Part shown: positions 1 to 8,782 of the stretch, in pieces
Position numbering within the stretch: position 1 is the first letter of the stretch
Layout: every line of letters starts with the position of its first letter
Source of the DNA: Planctomycetota bacterium
GTDB taxonomy: Bacteria > Planctomycetota > B15-G4
Length of the DNA stretch: 64,000 nt
NCBI GenBank assembly: GCA_965248575.1
Contig: CBDFJQ010000002.1
Location: 4,800,001-4,864,000, forward strand
Direction of reading: 5' to 3'
Made by a program: the position numbers and the translations under genes
Notes under the pieces: generated by a model
The model's database searches: none
The model's input: only the letters and a program-made list of their open reading frames with translations
Told to the model about the DNA's origin: nothing

Positions 1-2
1 CA

Positions 3-434
3 TGGGATGGCATCCAGGCTATCGTCGACTTTGCCCACAACCCCCACGGCTTGCAGGCGCTCTTCGAGCTCGTGAACGCCTTGCCCGCCAAACGGCGACT
101 GGTGCTCCTGGGACAGGCTGGGGATCGGGATGAAGAATCCATTCGCGAGATGGTGCGCAGCACCTGGAACGCGCGGCCCGACATGATCGTGATCAAGGAG
201 CTGCCGTCCTATCTGCGGGGGCGCGAACCTGGGGAGATCCCTGCGCTGATCGAGGCTGAACTGCGGGCGCTGGGTGCGACGTCGGATCGATTCGTGCATT
301 GCAGCAGCGAGCTGGAAGCCGTGCAGTGGGCGCTGGATTGGGCCCAGGCCGGGGACCTGCTCCTGCTCCTGACGCACGAGAGTCGCGACGAGGTGTTGAG
401 CCTACTGGAGGGAATCGGGAGCGGTGCAGCCTGA
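3..434 (+). CDS. Mur ligase / cyanophycin synthetase-like protein, C-terminal part (5' truncated by window edge)
   Basis: The frame is open from base 3 (WDGIQAIVDFAHNPHGL...). DFAHNP and GQAGDR motifs match the Mur ligase C-terminal domain, and LRGREPGE resembles CphA-like proteins. Confidence 0.75.
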   Translation, partial: WDGIQAIVDFAHNPHGLQALFELVNALPAKRRLVLLGQAGDRDEESIREMVRSTWNARPDMIVIKELPSYLRGREPGEIPALIEAELRALGATSDRFVHCSSELEAVQWALDWAQAGDLLLLLTHESRDEVLSLLEGIGSGAA

Positions 435-1370
435 GGGCTCCGCTCCCGCTGCCTGTGCGACCCATCCGATCAAGCGCGCATCATCGCGCTCGGTCAGCCA
501 GGACTTGCGGCACTCGTCGACGAGCCCGCCCGCCGTCCAGTAGCGGAGCAGCTGCTTCACACGGCCTCCGCGGGTCTTGATGTTGGCGCCGTCCTGCTGG
601 AGGCGGGTGGTGTACTCGAGCAGGAAGGCGGCGGCCTCGCTGCGACCGACCTTCCGACCACTGAAGATCCAGGGGTCTGCCATGGCTGCGCGCCCGACCA
701 TCACGAAGGCACAGCCTGTTTCCGCCCGCAGGCGGGCGAGGTCCGCGTGGCCTTCGACGCCACCGTTGCCGCAGACAGGAATCGAAACGGCGGCCACGGC
801 GCGGCGCAGGCGATCCCAGTTTGCCGTGTCGCGATAGGCCTCCTTGCGCGTCCTGCAATGGACCGTCAGCAGGGCGGCGCCACCGGACTCGACGGCCTGT
901 GCGATGTCTTCGAGCAGCGCGTCATCCTCGCCGCCCGCCCGGATCTTGGCCGTGACCGGCAGCCCGTCGACCGCATCGACGCAGGCCCGCACGAGGGCTT
1001 CGACGCTCGCCGGGTCGTCGAGCATGGCCGAACCTGCGCATCGCCCCACGGCGCCCTTTGCGGGGCAACCGAAGTTCAGGTCGATCAAGGGGGCGCCAGC
1101 GCGCTGGGCGCCCTGGGCCGTGAGGGCAACCGCCTCGACATCGGCACCCATGAGCTGCAGGCCCACGGGTGCCGGGAAGCGCAGGGCGCCGAGATGACGT
1201 CGCAGGACGCGCTGGGAGAGTTCGTGATCATTGACGCTCGCGAACTCGGTGAAGGCGCCGCCCAGGGCTTCGGGTGGGTTGCGCGCGAGGACCAGGTCAC
1301 GGAAGCACGGATCGGTGACGCGATCCATGGGCGCGAGCAAGGCGGGCGCGGTGAAGGGAAGCTGCAGCAT
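402..1370 (-). CDS. tRNA-dihydrouridine synthase (Dus family)
   Basis: LAPM start motif, DLNFGCP catalytic Cys motif, GSAML, TAKIR, VHCRT, GNGG and MVGRAA. Confidence 0.9.
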   Translation of the reverse strand: MLQLPFTAPALLAPMDRVTDPCFRDLVLARNPPEALGGAFTEFASVNDHELSQRVLRRHLGALRFPAPVGLQLMGADVEAVALTAQGAQRAGAPLIDLNFGCPAKGAVGRCAGSAMLDDPASVEALVRACVDAVDGLPVTAKIRAGGEDDALLEDIAQAVESGGAALLTVHCRTRKEAYRDTANWDRLRRAVAAVSIPVCGNGGVEGHADLARLRAETGCAFVMVGRAAMADPWIFSGRKVGRSEAAAFLLEYTTRLQQDGANIKTRGGRVKQLLRYWTAGGLVDECRKSWLTERDDARLIGWVAQAAGAEPSGCTAPDSLQ

Positions 1371-1376
1371 GGGGGC

Positions 1377-2666
1377 CTACTTCAGATACCCCAGCTCCTG
1401 GAGCGCCTTCTGGGTTTGCGGCTCAAGGTCGTCTGTCTGTGGGTAGAAGACCACGCCCAGGGTGCTCTCGGCCTTGCGGTAGGCGGGGCCCAACTGCCAA
1501 TGGTCGTCGCCCAGGGAGTTCAGCTCACGCGGGTCCGAGGCGAGGTCGAAGCTGGCTCTGGCTTTCACATCCCCAGTCGTCGTCTCGAAGAATCGGACGG
1601 CCTTCTGGTCTCCGCGTACCACGCAGTCTGACTCGAAACCGAAGGCGGAGCAACGGGCGTAAAGCACACGCCCTTCGGGGAGGGGAGTCCCATTCCGAAG
1701 GGTGGGCAACAGGCTCACGCCCGGAAGTTCGACGGGGGCGTCCAGGTCGAGCCATTCCAGGAGCGTGGGCAGGACATCCACGTTGCTGCATGGTTGGGTA
1801 ATTACCTGCGCCTCGGTGACGAGCTTGCTCGGGAACACGAGGAAGGGGATGCGCAGGTTGAAGTCGTAGACGGAGTTCTTGGTGGCGCGCCATTCGGGCC
1901 CGAGGCCGATCTCCTCGTCGTCGCCCAGGGCCGTGCCGTGGTCGCTGGTGACGATGAACAACAGCTCGTCGTCGTAGCGCTCTCGCATGTGCTCATGGAG
2001 CTCGAGGATCTTCTTGTCGATCCAGACGATGGAGTCTTCATACGTGCCGGGGAATGGTGCCTTCCCCCAAGGGCCATGCACGTCGATGTAGTGCACGTAT
2101 GTGAACTCGGGCCCTTCGAGTGGGCGTTTCGCGAAGTGCGCCTTGAAGGACTTGTTGACGGAGTCCGCAAACATCTTGGTCTTCCAGACTTTCTTCGACC
2201 TACCACGGATGCCGTTCACGTTGCCGACGAAGTGGACGTCGTAGGTGTCGAAACCTTCGTGGAAGCTGTTCCACGTCTGGAGGAAGGGGTTCGTGACAAA
2301 GGCGGCCGTGGAATATCCCTGCTCCTTCAACAACTCATGAAGCAGCGTGACCTCCGGGTCGAAGGTGTTGAGTTGGTTGCTGTCGTGCTCACCATCCGCG
2401 CCGTGTTGCTGTGGATAGAGACCCGAGAACAGACTCAGCACCGAGGGATAGGTCCAGGGTGCCGCCGAGCGCATGTGCGTGGCGTGTACGCCCTGCCTCC
2501 CAAGCTCCGTGATCCCTGGTGCGTGGGCTTCCATGGCGTCCAGTCGCAGCTGATCAACCAAGACCACGACGATGTGCGGCTTGCCAATCGTGAGAGCTGG
2601 CTGGCTGTCGGGCTCCGAGCCGCACCCGAAGGAACACAGGATGATCCAGGCCGACACCAGGCCCAT
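1377..2666 (-). CDS. Sulfatase-like hydrolase (alkaline phosphatase superfamily), probable lipoprotein
   Basis: VVVLVDQLRLD, SAAPWTYPS..SLFSGLYP, HYIDVHGP, TSDHG and a LQELGYL C-terminus. Hydrophobic N-terminus with Cys. Start chosen at MGLVSAW. Confidence 0.8.
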   Translation of the reverse strand: MGLVSAWIILCSFGCGSEPDSQPALTIGKPHIVVVLVDQLRLDAMEAHAPGITELGRQGVHATHMRSAAPWTYPSVLSLFSGLYPQQHGADGEHDSNQLNTFDPEVTLLHELLKEQGYSTAAFVTNPFLQTWNSFHEGFDTYDVHFVGNVNGIRGRSKKVWKTKMFADSVNKSFKAHFAKRPLEGPEFTYVHYIDVHGPWGKAPFPGTYEDSIVWIDKKILELHEHMRERYDDELLFIVTSDHGTALGDDEEIGLGPEWRATKNSVYDFNLRIPFLVFPSKLVTEAQVITQPCSNVDVLPTLLEWLDLDAPVELPGVSLLPTLRNGTPLPEGRVLYARCSAFGFESDCVVRGDQKAVRFFETTTGDVKARASFDLASDPRELNSLGDDHWQLGPAYRKAESTLGVVFYPQTDDLEPQTQKALQELGYLK

Positions 2667-2825
2667 CGGGAGACCACGCACGAGAGGACGAAGGCAAGGT
2701 GTGGTCAAGGGAGCAGGCCTGCGAGATGTTTTTCTGAAGCTTCGCCGGGACACTCTATCGCTATCTCGATGAGTGGCCAAGGGCAGGAGCCACCGCAGCA
2801 AGCTCGCGGCACCTCCGGCAAACAG

Positions 2826-4601
2826 CTACGAATCGACCGAACTGTCCGCCACCTGCCGCAGGGCGAGTTCCTTGCGGTACCGCGACAGAACATCCTCGAC
2901 GCGCACGATACCCCTCAGGTGTCCTTGTTCATCCAGAACCGGGAGTTCGTCGCGGTAGGCAGCGTCCAGGCGATTCAAGACCAGGTCCAGGGTGTCGGAT
3001 GCCACGACCTTCGGATACGCCTTGTCTGCCAGGTCCTCTGCGACGACCAGGTCGCGCAGCAGATCCGCCTCTTCCAGCGCCGGACGCATCTCGCGCATGG
3101 ACAGGGTTCCCGTCAACAGCCCCGCCTCATCCAGCATGTAGAAGATGGGTGACTCTGTGGCATAGAGCCTCGACAGGATGTCTGGGAGTCGCTCGGCTTC
3201 CGAGAGGGTCGGGAGGTTCTCGGTGAGCATGACCTCGCTGGCGGGGATGTTTGCCAGCAGGTTGATGTCCTGCCCGGCGCGCACGTTGACTCCGCGCCGC
3301 ATGAGTTTGACGGTGTAGATGGACTCCTTGTTCAGGCGCTGCGCCAGGAGCGTTCCGATGATGCAGGAGGTCATCAGCGGAAGCATGATGCGGTAGTCGT
3401 TCGTGAGTTCGAAGATGACCAGGATCGCGGTGATCGGGGCGTGGGTCGTGGACGCCACCAGGGCACCCATACCGACGAGGGCGTAGGCGCCTGTGGGTGC
3501 TGCGGCCCCGGGGAAGAACTGATGCACGCCCAGGCCCACCAGGCCTCCGAGCATGGCCCCCAGGAAGAGGGATGGTGCGAAGACGCCTCCGGAACCTCCG
3601 GAACCGAGAGTCACGCAAACGGCCAGGAGCTTGGCCCCGAGCATGGTGGCCAGGAACAGGGCGGTGGGGCTTTGCATGAGCGCCACGTTCATGGACTCGT
3701 AGCCAACTCCCAGGACACCGGGTGCGAGCAGCGCGAGGCCACCGACGGTGGCTCCACCCAGGGCGGCCGTGATGGGCAGCGGCCAGGGCACGCGCTCGAA
3801 GGCGTCCTCCGCGAAATAGAGGCTGCGTACGAAGAGCCACGAGAGCAAGCCGGCCCCCAAGCCCAGGGCAACATAGGCGACCAGTTCACCGGGGTGGGCG
3901 AGCTGATAGACGGGGATCTCGAAGGCGGGGAGGTCGCCCAGGTAATGGTGGCTCACGACCGTGGCGGCGACGGAGGAGATGACGATGGGCGAGAACTGAT
4001 GCACCCCGAAATCACCCAGCAGCACTTCCACGGCGAAGAGGGCCCCCGCCACGGGAGCGTTGAAGGTGGCGGCGATGCCTGCGGCCGCACCGCATCCGAC
4101 CAGGGTTCGCATCCGGCGCGGGCTCACCCGCAGCCACTGCCCTACGGAGGAGCCGATCGCCGAGCCGATCTGAACGATGGGGCCCTCCCGCCCCACGGAT
4201 CCGCCGGAGGCGATGCACAGGCTCGAGGCCAGGGCCTTGGCCACCACGACGCGCGGTCGGATCAGGCCGCCTCGCAAGGCCACGGCTTCCATCACCTCCG
4301 GCACACCGTGCCCCTTCGCCTCCGGTGCGAACCAGTGCGTGATCGCGCCGACCAGCAAGCCGCCCAGGGCAGGCACACCCACCACCCAGAACCAAGGCAG
4401 GCTCGAGATCCACGCCATGCTGAAGTCGCCGGTGGCCCAGGCCGCATCCTGGATGCTGTGGATGAGCATGCGGAAGCCCACGGCGCCATAGCCACCTGCG
4501 AGGCCGATGCCCACGGCCAGGAGCAGCATGTAGCCCGGCAGCGTCCGCTTGACGCGGTCATGCAGGGCCGAGAGTGAGGTGCGGAAGGTCAAGCGGCCCA
4601 C
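2826..4601 (-). CDS. ClC-family chloride channel / Cl-:H+ antiporter with tandem CBS domains
   Basis: GHGVPE, GSVGREGP, FNAPVAG, GGVFAP and SIYT motifs, with a C-terminal CBS pair. Start uncertain; the ORF extends to 4844 but would overlap the divergent gene. Confidence 0.9.
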   Translation of the reverse strand: MGRLTFRTSLSALHDRVKRTLPGYMLLLAVGIGLAGGYGAVGFRMLIHSIQDAAWATGDFSMAWISSLPWFWVVGVPALGGLLVGAITHWFAPEAKGHGVPEVMEAVALRGGLIRPRVVVAKALASSLCIASGGSVGREGPIVQIGSAIGSSVGQWLRVSPRRMRTLVGCGAAAGIAATFNAPVAGALFAVEVLLGDFGVHQFSPIVISSVAATVVSHHYLGDLPAFEIPVYQLAHPGELVAYVALGLGAGLLSWLFVRSLYFAEDAFERVPWPLPITAALGGATVGGLALLAPGVLGVGYESMNVALMQSPTALFLATMLGAKLLAVCVTLGSGGSGGVFAPSLFLGAMLGGLVGLGVHQFFPGAAAPTGAYALVGMGALVASTTHAPITAILVIFELTNDYRIMLPLMTSCIIGTLLAQRLNKESIYTVKLMRRGVNVRAGQDINLLANIPASEVMLTENLPTLSEAERLPDILSRLYATESPIFYMLDEAGLLTGTLSMREMRPALEEADLLRDLVVAEDLADKAYPKVVASDTLDLVLNRLDAAYRDELPVLDEQGHLRGIVRVEDVLSRYRKELALRQVADSSVDS

Positions 4602-4763
4602 CGTAACGCGGCTTCCGCGGAAGAACCACGGCGTCGTGAGGGTTCGACTCGCCGGACGCCCGCAGGGGCTGGTGAATGTGTTCTTCTGGTGTGAGAGGCC
4701 GACCACGGGCGGAGCGAGCGACCGCGTGTGGGCTCGGCGAGCTTCCTGCGAATCGGAGATCTG

Positions 4764-5366
4764 GTGAAAGCGTTCACTCCTCTGCTGGCCTGTCTCATCG
4801 TCTTGGTGGTGGGTTGCAGCCTGCCTACCGCGGCGGCGCCACATCGGCTGCGCGCGTCTCCGGCGGCCGACGACGGTGCACCGCAGTCGTGGGTCGGTTC
4901 CGAGCTTCGCGCCTATCCTGCGGGTGTGATCCCAGCGGTCTATGGGGAGCTGCCGCTCTCGTCACACGAGCTGGCCACCCTCGAGCTGGCTGCCAATCTG
5001 ACGGATCGTGAGGACTTCGGAAAGCACGATGAAGAGGAAGGGGATGGCTTCGGCGGAGGTGTCGGCTACCGGCACTTCTTCGGGGAGGAACTCGGCGGTT
5101 GGTTCATGGGTGCGCGTGTCGACCTCTGGTCCCTGGAGATCGATTGGCGTGACAAGCTGGGCACGCCCAAGAAGCGCCGCGGATCGACCGATATCCTCGT
5201 GCTGCAGCCCACCTTCGAGGTCGGGTACGGTTTTCTCCTCGATCGACGCGTGCGCCTGAATGTCTTTGGAGCTGCTGGAGCGGAGATCAACGTCTCGACC
5301 CACGGCGAGCACGTGGGCGAGGGGGCCATCGGCCTGCTGGGCCTTTCGCTCGTCTTCGGCTTCTGA
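4764..5366 (+). CDS. Secreted protein, probable small outer-membrane beta-barrel
   Basis: GGAG RBS then GTG. Signal peptide with lipobox-like VVGC, amphipathic strands (GGGVGYRHF, FEVGYGF) and a terminal Phe. Confidence 0.6.
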   Translation: MKAFTPLLACLIVLVVGCSLPTAAAPHRLRASPAADDGAPQSWVGSELRAYPAGVIPAVYGELPLSSHELATLELAANLTDREDFGKHDEEEGDGFGGGVGYRHFFGEELGGWFMGARVDLWSLEIDWRDKLGTPKKRRGSTDILVLQPTFEVGYGFLLDRRVRLNVFGAAGAEINVSTHGEHVGEGAIGLLGLSLVFGF

Positions 5367-5606
5367 GCCGAGCAGATCGTCGCACCAGGGCCCGGGCGCT
5401 GAGAACCAGCGCGGCCTGGAGAGCCCGCGGGGCGCGGCCCACACCAGGAAGTCCGGACAGGCCTCGAGGATGGAGTATTGTTCCAGCGAGAACTGCCGAA
5501 GGGGCCGGAGTATAGTTGAGCGAGTCGCCCCCCCGATGCCGAGGGTCGGTTCGCAAGCGAACAGGGCCTGACGGCCGCCGTACTGTGCCCATTGGAGATC
5601 TCCGCG

Positions 5607-6692
5607 TTGAAGCTCAAGGTCGTTCTGGGCGCCTGCCTGTGGACACTGCTGATCACCGTCGCCCACGTGCAACTGAACGTGGGCTGGGCCAGGGTCGCTT
5701 CACAAACCCGCGTCTTTCTGGGGTTGGAACGGGAGGAGCTCATCGTCGGGTTCCTTCCGGTGACCTGACACCTCACCTGCCCCGTCACCAGTTGGGTGAC
5801 CAAGCACAGTGACACCGGATCCTTCTTCCGCAGCCAGAAGTTCACGGACTGGCCGACGGTCACGGAGGCCCTCAGCGCCAAGGAGATTGGCGCTGCCTTC
5901 ATCCTCGCGCCCCTGGCGATGCAGCTGGCCCAGAGCGGGATCCCCATCAAGGTCGTCTATCTTGGCCACCGTGACGGCACCGCCATCGTGGTGCACACCG
6001 ACTCCGACATCCGTGACTTTGGCGACCTACGCGGGAAGACGGTCGCGATCCCGAGTCGCTACGCCAACCAGAACCTGCTCATGCACAAGATGATGAAGTC
6101 CTGGGGCATGCCTTCGGACTCCATCGACCTGCGTGAGGTTCCGCCGCCGGAGCACCCTACGGCGCTTCAGGAGGGCAGCATCGACGGCTACATCGTGGGT
6201 GAGCCCTTCGCCGCGAAGGCGGAGGTGGATGGGTATGGCCGCGTGCTCTATCACACCAAGGACATCTGGACCGACTTCATCTCTTGTGTGCTCGTGGTGC
6301 GCCAGGACGTGATCGACAATGACCGCGAGTTGGTGCAGGAGTTGGTGGACGGCATCGCCAAGTCCGGCAAGTGGCTCGATGAGGACATCGAGCACCGCAT
6401 GAACGCTGCCGAGGTGGCCGCCGAGCACTACTACTTCCAGGACCCCGAGCTCCTGAAGTTCGTGTTGAGCAAGCCCGTGGACCGGGTGAAGTACACGAAC
6501 CTGGCGCCGTTGGAACCCAACTTCAACGAGATCATGGAGCTGGCGATGGAGATCGGGATCCTCAAGCAGAGGGTTCCCTTTGAGCTCTACGCTGACGACA
6601 GTTTCGTGAAGCCGCTTGAGACCATTGACTGGGAAATGAACCGGTTGCCCGAGGCGAAGACCGCCGACGGGAACGAGGGAGAGCAGCATTGA
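5607..6692 (+). CDS. NrtA/TauA/SsuA-type ABC transporter substrate-binding protein with an in-frame TGA (candidate selenocysteine at residue 54)
   Basis: GGAG (5594-5597) precedes TTG 5607. The frame reads MKLKVVLGACLWTLLITVAHVQLNVGW...ELIVGFLPVT*HLTCPVTSWVTKH and joins ORF 5796-6692 in frame. Typical SBP motifs follow (DWPTVTEAL, FILAPLA, DLRGKTVAIP, GYIVGEPF). Confidence 0.85.
5769..5811 (+). promoter_or_regulatory. Candidate bacterial SECIS element
   Basis: Perfect stem GTCACC (5784-5789) / GGTGAC (5795-5800). The loop AGTTG has G in position 2 and starts 21 nt after the TGA. A weaker lower stem can form between 5774-5780 and 5804-5811. Confidence 0.65.
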
Positions 6693-7516
6693 GCGTCTGG
6701 CCCTTCGTCACGATCCTCGTGGCTTTCGTCATCAACCGCTTGTCGCGCGGCTGGCCCGATGCAGCGCAGAAGATCGTGTTGCCCCTGGGTGTGGCTGCCG
6801 TGGGTGTCGCGCTGTGGCAGGTCGGTTGCGACATCGCGGGGGCGCAGGTCTTCCCCACGCCGTGGAGCACGGTCCTGGCCATGCGCGAGATCATCGCCAG
6901 CGATCGACTGCTCGGCGATTCCATCGCGAGCCTCTATCGCGTCACCTGGGGTTTCCTGCTCGCCACGGCGACCGCGATTCCGCTCGGGCTCGTGGTGGGC
7001 TGGTCCACGCGATCCTTCTGGGCCATGAACCCGATCATCCAAGGCTTGCGCCCCATCTCGCCCATCGCATGGATCCCCATCGCGATCCTCTGGTTCGGGA
7101 TCGGTGACGGGGCGGGGATCTATCTCATCTTCCTGTCGTCCTTCTTCCCCATCTGCGTGGGCACCATGGCTGGTGTTCGCAACATCAGCTTGGTGCACCA
7201 ACGCTCAGCCGCCAACTTCGGTGTGCGCGGCTTCGAACTCATGCGCCGAGTGGTGCTCCCGGGCGCAATGCCGCAGATCATTACCAGCTTGCGCATCGCC
7301 TTGGGAGTGGCGTGGCTCGTCATCGTGGCCGCCGAGATGGTCGGCATGGACTCGGGGCTTGGCTACCTCATCAACGATGCCCGCAACATGGGCAGCCGCT
7401 ACGACCTCGTGGCAGCCACGATGATCGTCATCGGGCTGATCGGAATCGTGTTGGACCTGCTCATCCGGCGCCTGGAGCGCTTTGATGAGGTGAAGTGGGG
7501 CTACGAGGAATCATGA
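6689..7516 (+). CDS. ABC transporter permease (NrtB/TauC/SsuC type)
   Basis: LRPISPIAWIP, an EAA-like loop (SAANFG), AAEMVG..SGLGYLI. TTGA overlap with the SBP stop codon. Confidence 0.92.
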   Translation: MSVWPFVTILVAFVINRLSRGWPDAAQKIVLPLGVAAVGVALWQVGCDIAGAQVFPTPWSTVLAMREIIASDRLLGDSIASLYRVTWGFLLATATAIPLGLVVGWSTRSFWAMNPIIQGLRPISPIAWIPIAILWFGIGDGAGIYLIFLSSFFPICVGTMAGVRNISLVHQRSAANFGVRGFELMRRVVLPGAMPQIITSLRIALGVAWLVIVAAEMVGMDSGLGYLINDARNMGSRYDLVAATMIVIGLIGIVLDLLIRRLERFDEVKWGYEES

Positions 7517-8277
7517 GCGACGTCATGCCGAAGCTGGTGGTGGACGGGGTGTCCAAACAGTTCATGCGGGGCAAGCAGGCCCTGCCGGTCTTAGACTCCA
7601 TCGACCTGTCGGTCAAGTCCGGTGAGTTCGTCTGCATCCTGGGGCCGTCGGGGTGTGGCAAGAGCACCTTGCTCAACATCATTGCAGGCTTTGAGCGCCC
7701 CACCTCGGGCCGCGTGACCATCGAGGGCGAGGACGTGGTGGGCCCGGATGCCCGGCGCGTGTTCGTGTTCCAGGAGTACGGGATCTTCCCCTGGGCCTCG
7801 GTCTGGGACAATGTCGCCTTGGGTCTGCGCGACATGTCCAATCGGAAAGAGCAGCACGAGACAGTGCAGCGCTACATCGACCTGGTGGGCCTCAGCGGCT
7901 TCGAATCCAGCTACCCGCGCGAGCTCTCCGGCGGCATGAAGCAGCGGGTCGAGGTGGCGCGGGCGCTGGCGGTGTCGCCCGATGTCATCTACATGGACGA
8001 GCCGTTTGGCGCCCTCGACTCACTCACGCGCCTGACCATGCGCGCTGAACTGATCCGCATCTGGGAGGCGGAGGCGAAGACCATCTTGTTCGTCACCCAT
8101 GACGTGGATGAGTCCATCCAGTTGGCGGAGCGGATCGTCGTCATCTCGGACCGCCCGGGACGCATTGCCGAGATCGTGGATGTGGAGTTGGCTCATCCCC
8201 GGGATCTGGGCAGCCCTGAGTACGGGCAGATCAAGAATCGCCTCTACGAGTTGCTGGGCGTCTCGCACACCGTCTGA
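7513..8277 (+). CDS. ABC transporter ATP-binding protein (NrtD/TauB type)
   Basis: Walker A GPSGCGKST, signature LSGGMKQR, Walker B YMDEPFGALD, and VTHD. ATGA overlap with the permease. Confidence 0.95.
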   Translation: MSDVMPKLVVDGVSKQFMRGKQALPVLDSIDLSVKSGEFVCILGPSGCGKSTLLNIIAGFERPTSGRVTIEGEDVVGPDARRVFVFQEYGIFPWASVWDNVALGLRDMSNRKEQHETVQRYIDLVGLSGFESSYPRELSGGMKQRVEVARALAVSPDVIYMDEPFGALDSLTRLTMRAELIRIWEAEAKTILFVTHDVDESIQLAERIVVISDRPGRIAEIVDVELAHPRDLGSPEYGQIKNRLYELLGVSHTV

Positions 8278-8374
8278 GGGGCGGCACGCAGCGCGTCGGA
8301 GCAGCTGGGATTTTGGCGAAACGAAAGGCCGCTTGTGCGCATCCACAGGGGCTCCCTCTGTGAGGCTCTCGAGC

Positions 8375-8782
8375 ATGACTTCCCCCGCTTCGACCGGCAC
8401 CCAGTCGATGCCCGGCCGGATCACCCGTTTGGTGGCGGCGGTCATTCTGGGCCAGACCCTCTTCTTCAAGTTCACCGGCGCGCCCGAGGCCGTGCACATC
8501 TTCGAGACGCTCGGAGTGGAACCGTGGGGACGTATCACGCTGGGCGTCGTGGAGCTGATGACGGCACTCATGCTGCTGTTCAAGGGAACACGCGCTCTGG
8601 GAGCAGCCGTCACCGTCGGTCTCATGTTGGGTGCCATTGGCAGCCACCTCGGCCCCCTGGGCATCGAGGTCCAAGGTGATAGCGGTGCCCTGTTCCTGAT
8701 GGCCGTAGCCACCCTGGTGTGTGGCGCGATCGCCCTCTTCATCTATCGGCACGAGCTGCCCGTGCTGGGCAAGCGCCTCTAG
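8375..8782 (+). CDS. DoxX family membrane protein
   Basis: QTLFFKFTGAPE..IF..LG.EPWGR..G..E and GAIGSHL..LGI, with four TM segments. Confidence 0.8.
   Translation: MTSPASTGTQSMPGRITRLVAAVILGQTLFFKFTGAPEAVHIFETLGVEPWGRITLGVVELMTALMLLFKGTRALGAAVTVGLMLGAIGSHLGPLGIEVQGDSGALFLMAVATLVCGAIALFIYRHELPVLGKRL

Noticed and set aside
3..434. Assigning the symbol cphA
   Set aside because: Only the C-terminal Mur domain is visible; the ATP-grasp domain and cphB context cannot be checked.
5796..6692. ORF-track start (GTG 5796) for the substrate-binding protein
   Set aside because: It gives a protein with no export signal and no first conserved strand, and the GTG lies inside the SECIS-like stem.
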